A stretch of 64,000 nt of DNA from the human T2T-CHM13v2.0 reference genome, Homo sapiens: NCBI RefSeq assembly GCF_009914755.1, contig NC_060927.1. One strand, given 5' to 3'. This document shows, one piece after another, positions 40,129 through 53,577 of the stretch; position 1 is the stretch's first letter; every line of letters starts with the position of its first letter. The position numbers were made by a program, and so were the translations under genes. Below the pieces are notes generated by a model. It made no database searches. It saw only the letters and a list, made by a program, of their open reading frames with translations, and was not told the DNA's origin.

Positions 40129-40629
40129 GAGGGGATTTATTAGGGGAATTGGCTCATGAGTTCTGGAGGCTGAGAAGTCCCATGGACAGGCATGTGCAAG
40201 CTATAGACCCTGAGATGCTTGGCTCAGTCCAAGTACGAAAAACCTCATAATCAGGGAAGTCAATGCTGTAATTCTCAGCCCAAGGACAAAAACCTGAGAA
40301 CCTGGGAGATGATGGACACTGGTGTGTAAGTTCTGGACTCCAAAGGCTGAGAAGCCTAGAGTTTTCCAAGATAGCAGAGAAAGAGTGTAACTCAGCTCCA
40401 GAAGACAGACATATTTGCCTTTTTTTCTGTTTTTGTTGTCTCTGCATCCCCTGCAGATTGGATAGTGCCTTCCCACATCGATGGTGGCTCTTCTCTACCT
40501 AGTCCACTCAGATTCATATGCTAGTCTCCTCTGGGAACACCCTCACAGACATACCCCCAGATAATGATTTATCAGATTTCTAGATATTTCTTCATCCAGT
40601 CAAGTTGACACCTATAGTAAATCATCACA
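40043..40629 (-). mobile_element. MLT2 (B/C-like) ERVL solo LTR
   Basis: tgtattagggtactccagagagacagaac...ggaggctgagaagtccc...caagttgacacctatagtaaatcatcaca. Confidence 0.88.
40080..40127. repeat. (GATA)12 tetranucleotide STR
   Basis: Perfect array inside MLT2. Confidence 0.97.
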
Positions 40630-40725
40630 GGTATGGACTCAGAAAATAGTAACAAAATTGTAGCCATTTTTTAATCAATGTGCTACAACTCTTCCATTTT
40701 TTTCTAGGCTTCTATAAGTAAACAC

Positions 40726-40727
<2 letters not shown>

Positions 40728-40782
<55 letters not shown>
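40728..40782. repeat. Compound (TA)n(CA)n microsatellite
   Basis: Directly visible. Confidence 0.95.
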
Positions 40783-41495
40783 AAGATGTTATATATACAT
40801 ATTTATGTAATATGGATATACTGTCAACAATAGCTTGGTAAACATTATTTACTGTTTTTATAAAGAAACCAATCTATTATCATTGCTTTAAGTTGCATCT
40901 GTTTGATTACTTGCAAAATTAAATATATTTTCACATGTTTATTGGCTACTTGATAGCATTATTTACAGTGATGTGCTGGGATGAGAGAAAGGAGGCAAAA
41001 AATTATTTGGGAGCATTTTGCAATTATGCAGTGAAAAGAAAATTAGCACTAAAGCATCAAAAATGGTCAGCATGGGAAGAGAGGAGAAAACCGTTGTGAG
41101 AACAGGACCCAGGTGGCATGACTGCTGCCCAAATAGACAGAGAGAGCATTAAAGATCAAAGGTGCTTCTGAAAAAACTGGAAGAATGAGGATGCCATTAA
41201 TAGTTAATACAATATTATTTGTTACAATTCATAACATAACATTATAATGCACAATTTTAAAAATTGCCATAATTAGCATAATTGTGAAGTCGGAAGGAGA
41301 AAATAATTGTATTTAAAAAGTTCACTCCTGAACATTTTTGACAATAAGATACCATCAGAACACCAAATGGAGATATTAAGCAGGCAATCTATATTGGATT
41401 ATAAAGATGTGTTAGTTTATTCAACAAACTGATGGTGAGAAAATATTTGACTTTCCAAAGGAATAGATTCATTTCTCATTAAAGGAAACACAGAT

Positions 41496-41791
41496 TTTTT
41501 TTTTTTTTTTGAGACAGGGTCTCACTCTGTTGCCCAGGCTGGAGTGCAGGGGTTTTATCACAGCTCACTGCAGCATCAAGCTCCTGCAATCAAGCCATCC
41601 TTCCACATCGGCCTCCCAAGTAGATGGACTACAAACATGCACCACCACACCTGACTAATTTTTGTATTTTTTGTAGAGATGAAATTTCACCATGTTGTCC
41701 AGGCTGGTCTCAAAATCCTGAGCTCAACCAATCCACCCACCTCAGCCTCCCAAAGTGCTAGGATTACAGGGGTGATCCACCATGCCTGACC
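41496..41791 (-). mobile_element. AluJ
   Basis: gagacagggtctcactctg...atcacagctcactgcagc; TSD cacagat. Confidence 0.92.
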
Positions 41792-42815
41792 CACAGATAT
41801 TTAATAAGACTTGAATCATAGTGCATTTAAGTGGCAGAAGAAGAAAAGGGGCAAGCAAAAGACATTGAGAATTAAGCCGTGTCATAGTATAATTTCTATC
41901 TCCTTCCCCCATACCCTCTCTCGTTTCAATTCCATAATGTACTTGCCCTCAATTAGTGATCAGTTCTCGTACTTGGTTGTTAAGAATAAAAGCTCTCATG
42001 TGTCTTTACCTTCCAGCACTAAACCTAAAACTCACCAAAATGTCTTCCTTTCATCTTCCACAATGAAAGGAGTATCTGTTTTTCTCTCACAAGAAATGCT
42101 CACTGGATCCCATTCCTCTCTGTCAATAGTTCACCCTTCTCCTGGCTGCTGTCTCTTCAGTGTCATTTGCCTCCCACTTTTTTTCCAAATCATTCCCATA
42201 AGTAAAGAAATATCCTCTAGTATATACCATCTGCAATAATAAAAACATCTCTTGTCCTCATATCTGTCTCCAACCACTTCTACATTGTGTTCCCTTTCTA
42301 GCAAAATTTATTCACTCCCTTGTTCTCTCTAATTCATCTCCAATTCATTCACTACCTCTAAGTGCTCTTATTCTACTCTGACCACTCTTCAAAGTCATTA
42401 ACAACCACCATGTTGCCAAGTCCAGTTTATTCTCACCATCTCATTCGACTTCTCAGTAGTGTTTGACAGTGAATCCTTACATTCATATTGAAACATCTGA
42501 AACATCCTCCTGTCTCATCATTCACTCTCTATTTTCTTCTAAATTCACTGATCCTTATTCTTTTTTGGCTTCTTCTACCCTATGCCATCCATAAATATTA
42601 GAATTTTTTGAAACTTTTTTCAAGACTTAAAAAAAAAAACTTTGTCAATTTTCTTGGATATAAACATTGTCTTTGTGCTGAAGTTTTCCACACCTATACC
42701 TCTGGCCTAGGCACTTCTCTGAGCTGAAAACAAACATAACCAAATATTTGCCTGGAATCATCACCTGAGTATTTCACATATAGTTCTGACATTACATCTT
42801 GAAAGCACTCATTGG

Positions 42816-43136
42816 TTTTTGTTTGCTTGTTTTTGTTTTGTTCTATTTTTTAATGAGACAAGGTCTTAGTCTGTTGCCCAGGCTGGAGTGCAGTGGTATG
42901 AACATGGCTTATCACAGTCTTGACCTCCCAGGCTCAAGGAATCTTCCTATCTCAGCCTCCTGAGTAGCTGGGACAACAGGTGTGCACCACCACACCCAAC
43001 TGATTTTTTAATGTTTTTTTAGAAGTGAGGTCTTGCTGTGTTGCTCAGGCTAGTTTGAATTCCTGAATACAAACCATCCTCTTGCCTTGGCCTCACAAAG
43101 TTCTGGGATTAAAGGCATGAGACACCATGCCTGGCC
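42816..43136 (-). mobile_element. AluJ
   Basis: gagacaaggtctt...ttgacctcccaggctcaagg...gaggtcttgctgtgttgctcaggc. Confidence 0.9.
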
Positions 43137-43716
43137 AAATTGTCTTTTCTCTTTCCTATTGTGTGTTTACTGTCACCTTTCTCTATGTCAATAAATAACA
43201 ACATGATTCATTCATTTATTCAAACCAGAAACAGGATTGATTTTAATATTCCCCTCACCTCTTCAATCTAAGCAGCAGACATTTCTGTTGATTCTGTCTC
43301 TAAATGGTACCTTGAATATGTCCACCTCTTTTTACCTCTTCTCTTGGAATCATCAGGTTCAGCCTCTCCATATAGAAGCAAAAAGTGAATTTCAGAACGC
43401 TGAATTGGGTCACATAATTCCTATGTTAAAACCTATCAAAAGAACCCATTGGTGAACCTATTGCACTCATGGTAACACTCAAGCTCTTAGTAAGATTTAA
43501 AAGCCCCGAATAATATGGACACTACATAATTTCTAAACTCACTTAGTGCCACTTTTCCTATATCTGACAATAATCTGTGCACTCAGATTGCAAAGTGGTT
43601 TTCTAGAAGGCTTCTCTAGGCCACCCCGTTAGTTGACAGTGAATGCTTCCATCTCTCCTACTGTCCATGTGGCTGTTCTTTATATTGCTTTTTAGTTGTC
43701 ACATTCTCAGTGGGCC

Positions 43717-44199
43717 AGTTATAGATTGAAGTGTCCCCCAAAAGATATATTGAAGCCTACAGTACCTTTGAATGTGACCTTTTTGGAAACAGGGTCTTTG
43801 TAGATATAATTAAGCTAAAATGAGGTCACTAGTGTGGGCCCTAATCCAATATGACTTAGGGCTTTTTAAGAAGGAGAAATTTGAACACAGGGACAGACAC
43901 ATACAGAAAAAAAGATGAAGATGATGTAAAGACTTACACAAAGGAGACGGGCATGTCATGATGGAGGCAGAGAATGGAGTATTGCATCTGCAAGCCAAGG
44001 AATAACAAGGATTGCCTGCAAACACCTCAAGCAAGATGAGACTAAATAGGACTCTCCCACACATGCTTGAGGGATATGACGCTGCTGACACCTTGATTTT
44101 GAACTTCTACCCTCTAGAGTTGTGAGGGAATAAATTTCTGTTGTTTTAAGCCACTGAGTTTGTGGTACTTTGCTACGGAAGCCCTAAGAAATTAATAAA
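43717..44199 (+). mobile_element. MLT1C-like solo LTR
   Basis: gaatgtgacctttttggaaacagggtctttgtagat...gccctaatccaatatgact...ttgtggtactttgctacggaagcc; 5-bp TSD gggcc at 43712-43716 and 44200-44204. Confidence 0.88.
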
Positions 44200-47100
44200 G
44201 GGCCTCAAACCCCCATGCTATCTAACCTGTTTTGTTTTAGATTACCTTTTATGATTTATTTTCCTTCAAACTCTATTGCACCTAAAGTCCTAGCATGCAT
44301 CAGTCTGTTTTGGTGATAGTGGTTTCCTTTTCTGCAGTCAAGGACCAAGCTTTCCATGTTCACACTCATATCTCCAACTTTCTGCCTAGTATACAGGCAA
44401 TCATCAATGCATTATTTGCTATAAACATGAAATAAAGATACAGTGTTGGAGAAGTCAAGGAAAAGGAATAGCTCAGTAAAAAGTGAGGGTTATGAATGTC
44501 AAATGCTGCAATGGAATCATAAGCAAAAAAAGGTTATTGTATCTTGTAATCCGTGGAAGCAGTTGGTGACCTTTGAGGGATCAGTTTCAGGCAAGTGGAT
44601 ATGGTAGAAAACACATCATAGGAATAAACACTGAGTCAGCAGTGAAGAAATGTGGGAGGCAGGTGTAGGTTGCTCTTTCCAGAAAGTTGGCAGTGAAATG
44701 AGGATGTATAGTAAAACAAAGCCTCAAATTTTCTTTGCATCTCTATCTAACTAAAATGGGAAATGAGTACTCAAATATGAAGGCTATGTTTCTGGTTTAT
44801 TAATTATAGTAGAGACAAGCAGAGATTCTAGATTTGAAGAGAAAGTATTCAACACAATGGGAAAAAAAGGTGTTTTTATGAATTAAGTGAAGAATTTAGG
44901 AGAAACAAAAATCATTAATGAGGATAAAGAGTAGATGCCTTTGGAAAGTTTCTTCCTCAAGAATAAAAATAAACCCAGATAATGATAGAAATACAGAAAG
45001 TATCATAGACAGCATCACATAGTGGCTTCTATTTTGCTTTTTGTTTCTGTTTGCTTTTTCAAACATATGTTCCCTATTAGATTTTAAACATTTTTCAGAT
45101 CCAAGATTCTCTCTGTACATACAAAACAGGGTAAAATATATATTTTAAGACATTCTCTTGTCTTAAGCCATATATAGTTTGTATTTAGTGGAAAAGTTCT
45201 CATTCTTAATTTTATGCCCAACTTAAAACCTGTTAAATACTTTATGCTCAGCAAGAGGTGAAAAGTTATTTTCATGAAGTCATTTTCTATGAAAAGAAGA
45301 GCTGGTTTTAACTGAGTGCTTATGGTATGCCAGGCTCTCTGCTAAGGTTATAAACACATTTTATCGTTTCTTCTTTGAAATAACACAAAGGGATAGGTGT
45401 GTTTTGTTTCTATATGCAGATGAGAAACTGAGGTTTCGAAGGATCACTTGTCTAAAGGCATACAAAGAATTTGCAGGAAATACATGCCTGTCTCCAGAGC
45501 TTCAGGCCTAAATCTGTGTGTTAACTGCCCAGAGATGTACAGAACACTTGCGTAAGAGAAAATTCCAGTTTTATGTTCAGCTGTATTTTTTTGAAGTTTT
45601 ATTATCTGTTAAAAAATGCTATTTTCTATAAAAGCAGTAATAAGCCATGCCTCCATGCCTCTGCTAGCTTTCAACTATGCTGATGATCGGCTTGATTGTT
45701 TATCTCACAATATCCTGTCTATACTCTTGACAATTTTTCATTTCTTGGGTTTTTAAATGATAAAAACAAAAACTTGGTTTGAATACAACAAAATGATTGA
45801 CAAAAGATATTCTAAGCAATAAAATCTCCAATTTCCTTGTTTCTGGTGTCCCTCCCGAAGAGGTGTGTGGCAATAGTGAATCTCTTTTAAATTAATATTG
45901 ATGTGTCCATTTGGAAACTAATAAAATCTTATGCCTTCCACAGTTGGTAGCAATAAAAACGAAGTATGTATCATTTAAGGTGGCCTTAATAGCTGGCACT
46001 GAGGCTGAGTCAGATTTTATAAGCATTTTAAATTATATTACTCAGCAATTATTGTTAGCATGGACATTGTTATATGTGATTATCTAATGCTTTAAAATAT
46101 TTAAAATCAATATGTAGTTCTAAAAGCTTAGACATATAACTTTAAAATGGTCACATGAACTCATTTGACACCATGTTAATGTTTCTGTCTTATTTAGCCT
46201 ATATTTACACCTTGTAAACCAGGTTAATTTAAACATTGAAGATACAAACTACCATAACTTTACAAAATGCATGAATATTACCATTATAAGGAAAAGAAGT
46301 AATGTTATGGACAATAAAGTATCCAAGATTGTCTTATGCTTCCCATTGCTGTACCTAATATTTTCTTTCCCTTTCTATACCGAATTTCATTCAAATCTTG
46401 ACGTCAAAGAGAGACACTATATATGCTCAGTTATTTAGGTAGTTAATTTATTAGTTCGTTCATATGCCAGACTTGATGTTTTTTGATTGCTTAGACTTTT
46501 TTGTAGGCATTCAAAGGTTTTGCATGCTTAATTTAAAACATTTTAAAGAACAGCCTTTGAATGGGTTATATTAATCGCACATTAAGAGCGATTAATAGTG
46601 GGATCACAGTTGTATCAAGATAGCAACAGTAGAATATTATATTTAACAACTCTTAAGTGGTGCTAATGGGCAGGTTTAGACTACAGAGCAAGGAGAATCT
46701 ATAAGTGCAAATACAGATCTTGCTACACATGATTAAGTAAAATGAATGGGGTAATTAAGAAGTAACTCTAGGCTTAAATATTACACTGAATTCTTAATAT
46801 GCATGTGGTGCCTACAAATATAATTTCAACATGGCCTCATCTCTTCATACGTGAAACTCCCTTTGTGATCAATACGCGTCCCAGGTTTATTCTCAATGAC
46901 AGGTTTATTCTCAACGACAGCTGACCTACACCAGGTAAATAGCTTCGCAAATCATGTCAGTACTGGGAAGGATACTCAGAGGTTATCTTGCCTATCTTTC
47001 TGCTTTCCAGCAAGGTCATACTTAAATCATCCCAACAACTCAGACATCCCGTTATTAAAGCTTGTCAGAAAGAATATGTCTTAGCCCTCCTTGTTTGATT

Positions 47101-47605
47101 ATATAATATTTAATAATTCTCAGTATATTCTTCTTTTTTATTCATTCATTCATCCACTACCTTTAGTTCAATTCTGCATTATAAAATTAATTTCCTGCTT
47201 TGATTTTTCTGCAGGAGAATACACCTATTCTCTACAAGCGGTTTTTCTTTACTCTTGGATTCTTCAACAGGATGAATGAAATTAGAATTGATTTTTTTAA
47301 AAAAAGAAGGCATACATAACATTCCCTTTGTTCCAAATACTTCTTTTTGTAATATTTCTCACATCCCTCTGCCAGGAAAGTTGCCATATCTGTCACACCT
47401 TCTCTCTTTATTTCCTTTCTAATGAACTAGATGTGATAGTCTGTCATTCCAACTATTTTCACTCCAATAACCTCAACTCTTTCCCTATTTTGCTTGCCCC
47501 ATGTATACAGGGTGAAACTCCAGTGCTCAACTTACCTGTCTTCACTTTCTTCAGGCCTATTATTGGACTATAGATTGCAATCTAGAAAAATTATTGGTTT
47601 CCAAC

Positions 47606-47890
47606 AGTAACCTCACCTTCGATTGGCTTACAAATCCCGCTATTTCCCTAGTTAGTGCCCTTAGTTACCTGACCTTCGATTGGCTTACAAATCCTGCCAT
47701 TTCCCTAGTTAGTGCCCTTAGTAACCTGACCTTCGATTGGCTTACAAATCCTGCCATTTCCCTAGTTAGTGCCCTTAGTAACCTGACCTTCGATTGGCTT
47801 ACAAATCCTGCCATTTCCCTAGTTAGTGCCCTTAGTAACCTGACCTTCGATTGGCTTACCAATCCTGCCATTTCCCTAGTTAGTGCTCTT
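47606..47890. repeat. VNTR, 57-bp unit x5
   Basis: Unit agtaacctgaccttcgattggcttacaaatcctgccatttccctagttagtgccctt. Confidence 0.97.
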
Positions 47891-48090
47891 ATTTTCTAAA
47901 GTTACTATTCCCATCCTTCTCCATTCTTTCAAACCTTTCCTTTCAAGCTTATTCTTGTTGGTATAAAAATAAATAAATAAAAATAAAATCTCCTTTCCTA
48001 GCACTTTTCTCCTTACTATTATTTTAATTTCTAATTCACAGAAGAAATGAAATCTTCAGGAATTCTCTAAACTTTGCGTCCAACACTCCA

Positions 48091-48091
<1 letters not shown>

Positions 48092-48134
<43 letters not shown>
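48092..48134. repeat. (CA)n microsatellite
   Basis: Directly visible. Confidence 0.97.
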
Positions 48135-48138
<4 letters not shown>

Positions 48139-49908
48139 TAAAAGTTTTTTTTTTACATTTATACCCATCGTGTCCTCCTGTTAAGCAGAAGTTGTTCTTC
48201 CTTCAATCTAGGGCTAACTTCTCTATGTCTGGATCTCTTTCTTCCCACATGATAAATTACTTCTGAATTGTGATAACTTCAATTTATGTTGGTACCATCC
48301 TGTCACTATTCAATCACATTTAAGTTTTTTCATTTTATCAAAACAAATAATACAATCTGTCTATTTCATCTCTCTACAGCTTTACTCTTCTTTCCTCCAC
48401 TTGACAGCCAAGTGTTTACAAGAACTGCTTACACTTACTGTATTTCTTACCTTTCATTCATAGGTCAATTTATGCTGCCCAGCTTCATTCTCTACCAGAC
48501 TATTGAACTGCTTTCTCAAAGGTCATCAATAATAAATATGGTAAATAAGTTCAGTTATTATATTTACTTGACTTCTCAGTAGCATTTAACACTGAGGGTC
48601 ATTCTCTCTCATGGAAACACTCTCTTTGAGTGGTTTCTATAGCACCATCTACACTGATTTATGACCATTCACCTGATACCATTTTTGGAGGTACTTCTTT
48701 CTCCACCCATCAGTTAAAATACTGGTTATCTGTAAGAATTATCTTGTAGCTGTGTTTACTTGGGATCACTCTTTCCTACTCCCATGGCACCAATTAAAGT
48801 CTTTGTATTTGGTGGTATTCACTTTCAGATATGTTTCTGCTCTTTCAACCCACACATACAGCTAGCTACTAGATAACTTTACTTTATTCTCCAGTCAGCT
48901 TAAATTTGCTGTGTCCATATCTAAGCCTGTCCTGTTACTTGCAAATAATTTTCTTGCCCTGCAATCATTCTCCCAGTGAATGGTACTACTACCATCTGTT
49001 AGTTGTCCAAACAGAATATTGGGCATGATATAAATTTCTGTTATCAAATGCTGTTGTTTTGATTCCCCAGCCTCACCTTGTTCTAGGGCACAATTATAGA
49101 TGATGATTAACTCCTTTCCCTTTCACTTCCTCCAATTGATTATCTATGTTGCAAGTAGAAAATAATTTGTTCATTTAGTCTTGTTGGCATATGCCCATAG
49201 GGGAAAATCTTTCGAAACTTACTCTTAATGAATGTAAAGATCAGACATTTGTCAGTGAGACATATTTTAAGCTTTCATAAAATGGGAAATATCTTCCTAG
49301 AAAATGTTGTGTGAATACAAAGCTGGACTTGTTTACTGGCCACCTTTATTCAGATTATTAATTGATCATGTGACCTCTTTTTTTTCTTTTTGAAACTCTG
49401 GCCAGACTATTTACCATTTTATTGAAGAACTATGTGTTCTATTTTCAGAATTAAGACTGTTATACACATTATCACTATTTTTTATCACAATCCTCTTTTC
49501 AAATAAGGAAGGTGAGTTTCAGGCAAGTTAAATAAACAGTTCAAGTTCTCACAGCCAATAAGGAAAAGAATAAGGATTTGAACTCAGATCTCTCTGCCTA
49601 TAATGCCTATTATTATTCTGCTGTTCAGCAGCATTTCCTAAGATAATTATTATTAAAACAAGAATTGAAAGATTGAATCTAGTAATGCAAGTTTAATTCT
49701 ACATTTATTTTAATATTAATTTCATTATGGGGGTGTTTCTTCTTCTTCTAGAGAAAGACTAACATTTTATTTTCTATTGTTATTCCTGTTTTGCTTAAAG
49801 AATATTTTCCTAATTTCATTATTGTTTAGCACATATTTTAGTTTTTGAGATAGTTTTATTGAATCTCTCCTCTCTTTTTATGTATATATATCTATATAAA
49901 TATGTATG

Positions 49909-49913
<5 letters not shown>

Positions 49914-49953
<40 letters not shown>
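49914..49953. repeat. (TA)n microsatellite
   Basis: About 20 perfect TA units. Confidence 0.97.
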
Positions 49954-49956
<3 letters not shown>

Positions 49957-50191
49957 TGAGGACAAAGCTGGACTTGTTCACTGGTAATCTTTATTTGGAT
50001 TATATTTTATGAGTGCTCCTGCACAAATTTAATATGGGAATACAAATCATTCAAGAGTCTTATTGCTGTCTGCATAGTCACTGAGGACATATATTTTTAA
50101 GTTTTATGTAATAAACTCTATAAATTAAGACAAAACAGCAAGTTAATACCGGAAGGACTGTAGATCTAATCAATACCTGACTTTAATGTGA

Positions 50192-50484
<293 letters not shown>

Positions 50485-52646
50485 TATAGTATGATTTTTT
50501 AAAGGTTGACTTTTGTCAACATGCTAGCTGACATAAAAAGGAGTAGTTCATTAATATTTGAGTTCAATCTATTATCAGTTTGTCAGTTTTTTTTCCTCCC
50601 AAAAAGGGCACCATGTTTACATTTGTGAATAGTCAGGCAACTTGTCTTAATCTCATTGAAGAACAATAGTAGGATTAATTAAAAAGATATAATGATGTTT
50701 CCTTGAAAACAAAATTTCACATGCTATCTCATTGAATCCTTGCAAACACCTTGAGTATTGGGGATATTGGATTCGCTTTTCAGATAAGGAAATTGAGACA
50801 GAAAAATTAGATTACAGCTAAAGATTATTGAAGGTGAATATAAACATGTAGTTAAGCCATTATAAAATTCTGGTTTATATTTTAAATAAGACATGGTCCC
50901 TGTCCATGAGGAACTCACAGATCACCTGACATTTTAACAAATCTTTGCAAAACCAGTGTTATTTATGGAATTACATTAGGATCAAATATAAAGGATTGCC
51001 AATCCTTTAGGCAAAAAGAGGTGGGATATTGTCAATTTCATAGGAATGAATTTAAAATGTATGCAGACTATTTAGTGGTGGTTATAGAAGAATGTGATTA
51101 TTTGTGCCCAGTTAAACCAGTAAAGCCTTCAGAGAAGAGAAGATACATAATTGTGTGTTGAAAGGAGTTCTTAGAGAGTTTAATAGGCACATAAAGGATG
51201 AAGGGGATGCTTAGTAGATACACACATGAAATGTGGAGACATCAAGTTAAACAGTTCAAGTTGTCAAAGCCAATAAGGAGAAGAATAAGGATTTGAACTC
51301 AGATCTCTCTGCCTATAATGCCTATTATTATTCTGCTGTTCAGCAGCATTTCCTAAGATAATTATTCTTAGGCAAAGGCAAAGGACAGCTGCAAATGGAT
51401 GCAGCAATTCAAGTTGTGCATTGCAAAGGGGTGTGAGGTTTAAGGAAGTGCCACGTACGTCTTAGCCACATCCTTAGTTTTATAAGGTAGGGTCAGAGAC
51501 TCTGGACTTCATGATGGGGACCTAGAACCCTCAAGAAGTTTCCCTTCTCGCATAAACCCACCCCAGCAAAGAGTGTAATACCGTCTCATAGGATTGCAAT
51601 GTGCACACACTCTTTGTCACAGACAAGGAGCCTGGGTACATCAGTGCCTTTTCCTGTTCTCACTCTGGGAGTCCCCACAGGTTACTTCCCTTTCTTCCTA
51701 CTATGAAGGACCTGATTCTTATTTCCCATTTTAGCCAAGAAGCTAAAATGTTTCATACAGAAGAAATGGTTATCGATGGTGCAAGCTGCAGTAAGGCTGA
51801 TGATACTGACTTAAAGTCTAACAGCAATTGAATTCTTGGTATTTACCTGGCACTATCCTAAGAATCATATAATCATTGCCTTATATAATATCCATGACAA
51901 TAAAAGAATAAGTATTCCTATTTTCCCCGATGTATAGTCAGCTGTACCTTGGATGAGTGTTTACTGGGGGAGAGAGAAACACATATATATTTCTCAAGAA
52001 TTCCTACAGGAACATTTCTGTTTGGATTGCTTTTAGTTATTATTGATCCTAAGTGACTGAACATCCACATCTCAAAGGGTTAGTCTAAGAAATGAAAAAT
52101 GAGAGAAAATACTCTAAATAATAATTTTATCCTAAAATTCATGTTTCTGCTGTGAGATTTCTCAGAGGTAAACTATAATTCGCTTAATGTCTTATTCCTG
52201 TCTTTTTGCATGAAAAAAAGTAAATTCTGTAAGGAAAAACTGGCAAAGTTCAAGCAGGTTTTGAAAATTGGAGATTATATTATATAATTACATCTGAGAT
52301 GTAAGGATGTTATTGTCATGTCTTTTTATTCTGCTCTTTTCCCAAGGCTCATAAAGCCATAAATCACCATTCTGAATAAATTGATATGTGACATTAATAG
52401 TAAATTGGAGGAAACAATTTACCTCACTATAAATGCTCACTAGGTATTAAGTAAATGGATAACATATTGTGATTTAAAATAGACCCCATGATATGCATCT
52501 AAATTTAGTATGCTTAAGTGATGGCTTTCCGTTTAATGATTACATACTTTACACATGTTGATGCTTCTAGTGCAAATTGAATTGTGACCTCAGCCTCAGT
52601 TAAGTCGCTGGTTATACTGTTGTACCCAGCTGAGTGACAACAAGGA

Positions 52647-53136
52647 CTTTCTCCTTTTGGGGAGTGATAATCCACTGAGCTAATCAGTCTCTCTATAGAT
52701 TTGGATCTGGGACTGCCTTTCTCCTTTTGGGGAGTGATAATCCACTGAGCTAATCGGTCTCTCTATAGATTTGGATCTGGGACTGCCTTTCTCCTTTTGG
52801 GGAGTGATAATCCACTGAGCTAATCAATCTCTCTATAGATTTGGATCTGGGCCTGCCTTTCTCCTTTTGGGGAATGATAATCCACTGAGCTAATCAATCT
52901 CTCTATAGATTTGGATCTGGGCCTGCCTTTCTCCTTTTGGGGAGTGATAATCCACTGAGCTAATCAATCTCTCTATAGATTTGGATCTGGGCCTGCCTTT
53001 CTCCTTTTGGGGAGTGATAATCCACTGAGTTAACCAATCTCTCTATAGATTTGGATCTGGGACTACCTTTCTCCTTTTGGGGAGTGATAATCCACCGAGT
53101 TAATCAATTTCTCTTTAGATTTGGATCTGGGACTGG
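52647..53136. repeat. VNTR, 70-bp unit x7
   Basis: ctccttttgg recurs at 52651, 52721, 52791, 52861, 52931, 53001 and 53071. Confidence 0.97.
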
Positions 53137-53577
53137 ATATAATATACTTTAAACATAAAATAAAATTATTGTTATTACCAGTATCCTGTTTATTTTCCTA
53201 AGTAGTGAAGGTATTTTTTTAACATAATGCTCCAAACGTATGTGAAAGTTACAGTTATCTCTGTCCTACATGTGAGGAAATAGAGGATTCATGAAGTTAA
53301 CTGGCCGAAGTCATGTAGTAAGTGAATGGCCGAAATAGAATTTGAATTCATCTCTAAGTAATTCTAGAGCCAGGATGTTTTGAAATCTTGTTGGGCATAT
53401 GGACACTTGATGTGCCAGCTATTTTTGCAAAGGGTGAGAAAATATCTTAAATCCTCTGAGAACAATATAAGTATCCTGGTTTTACCTATGATGACCACTG
53501 CAGTTTTGACTTCTGCCACTCCTTTTTGTACTTTAAGTTCTAGAAATTCCCACCAACTCTTAATATCTGAATCTCAC

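Larger units (their letters stand above)
39585..40688 (-). mobile_element. MLT1 (H/I/J-like) LTR interrupted by MLT2
   Basis: gattgctatgtaacaaatcattccaaaactttgtggcttaaaataac...; resumes after 40629 with ggtatggactcag...gccattttt. Confidence 0.7.

Noticed and set aside
41811-42239. 142-aa ORF
   Set aside because: Non-ATG start, lies largely in L2-like sequence, no recognisable domain.
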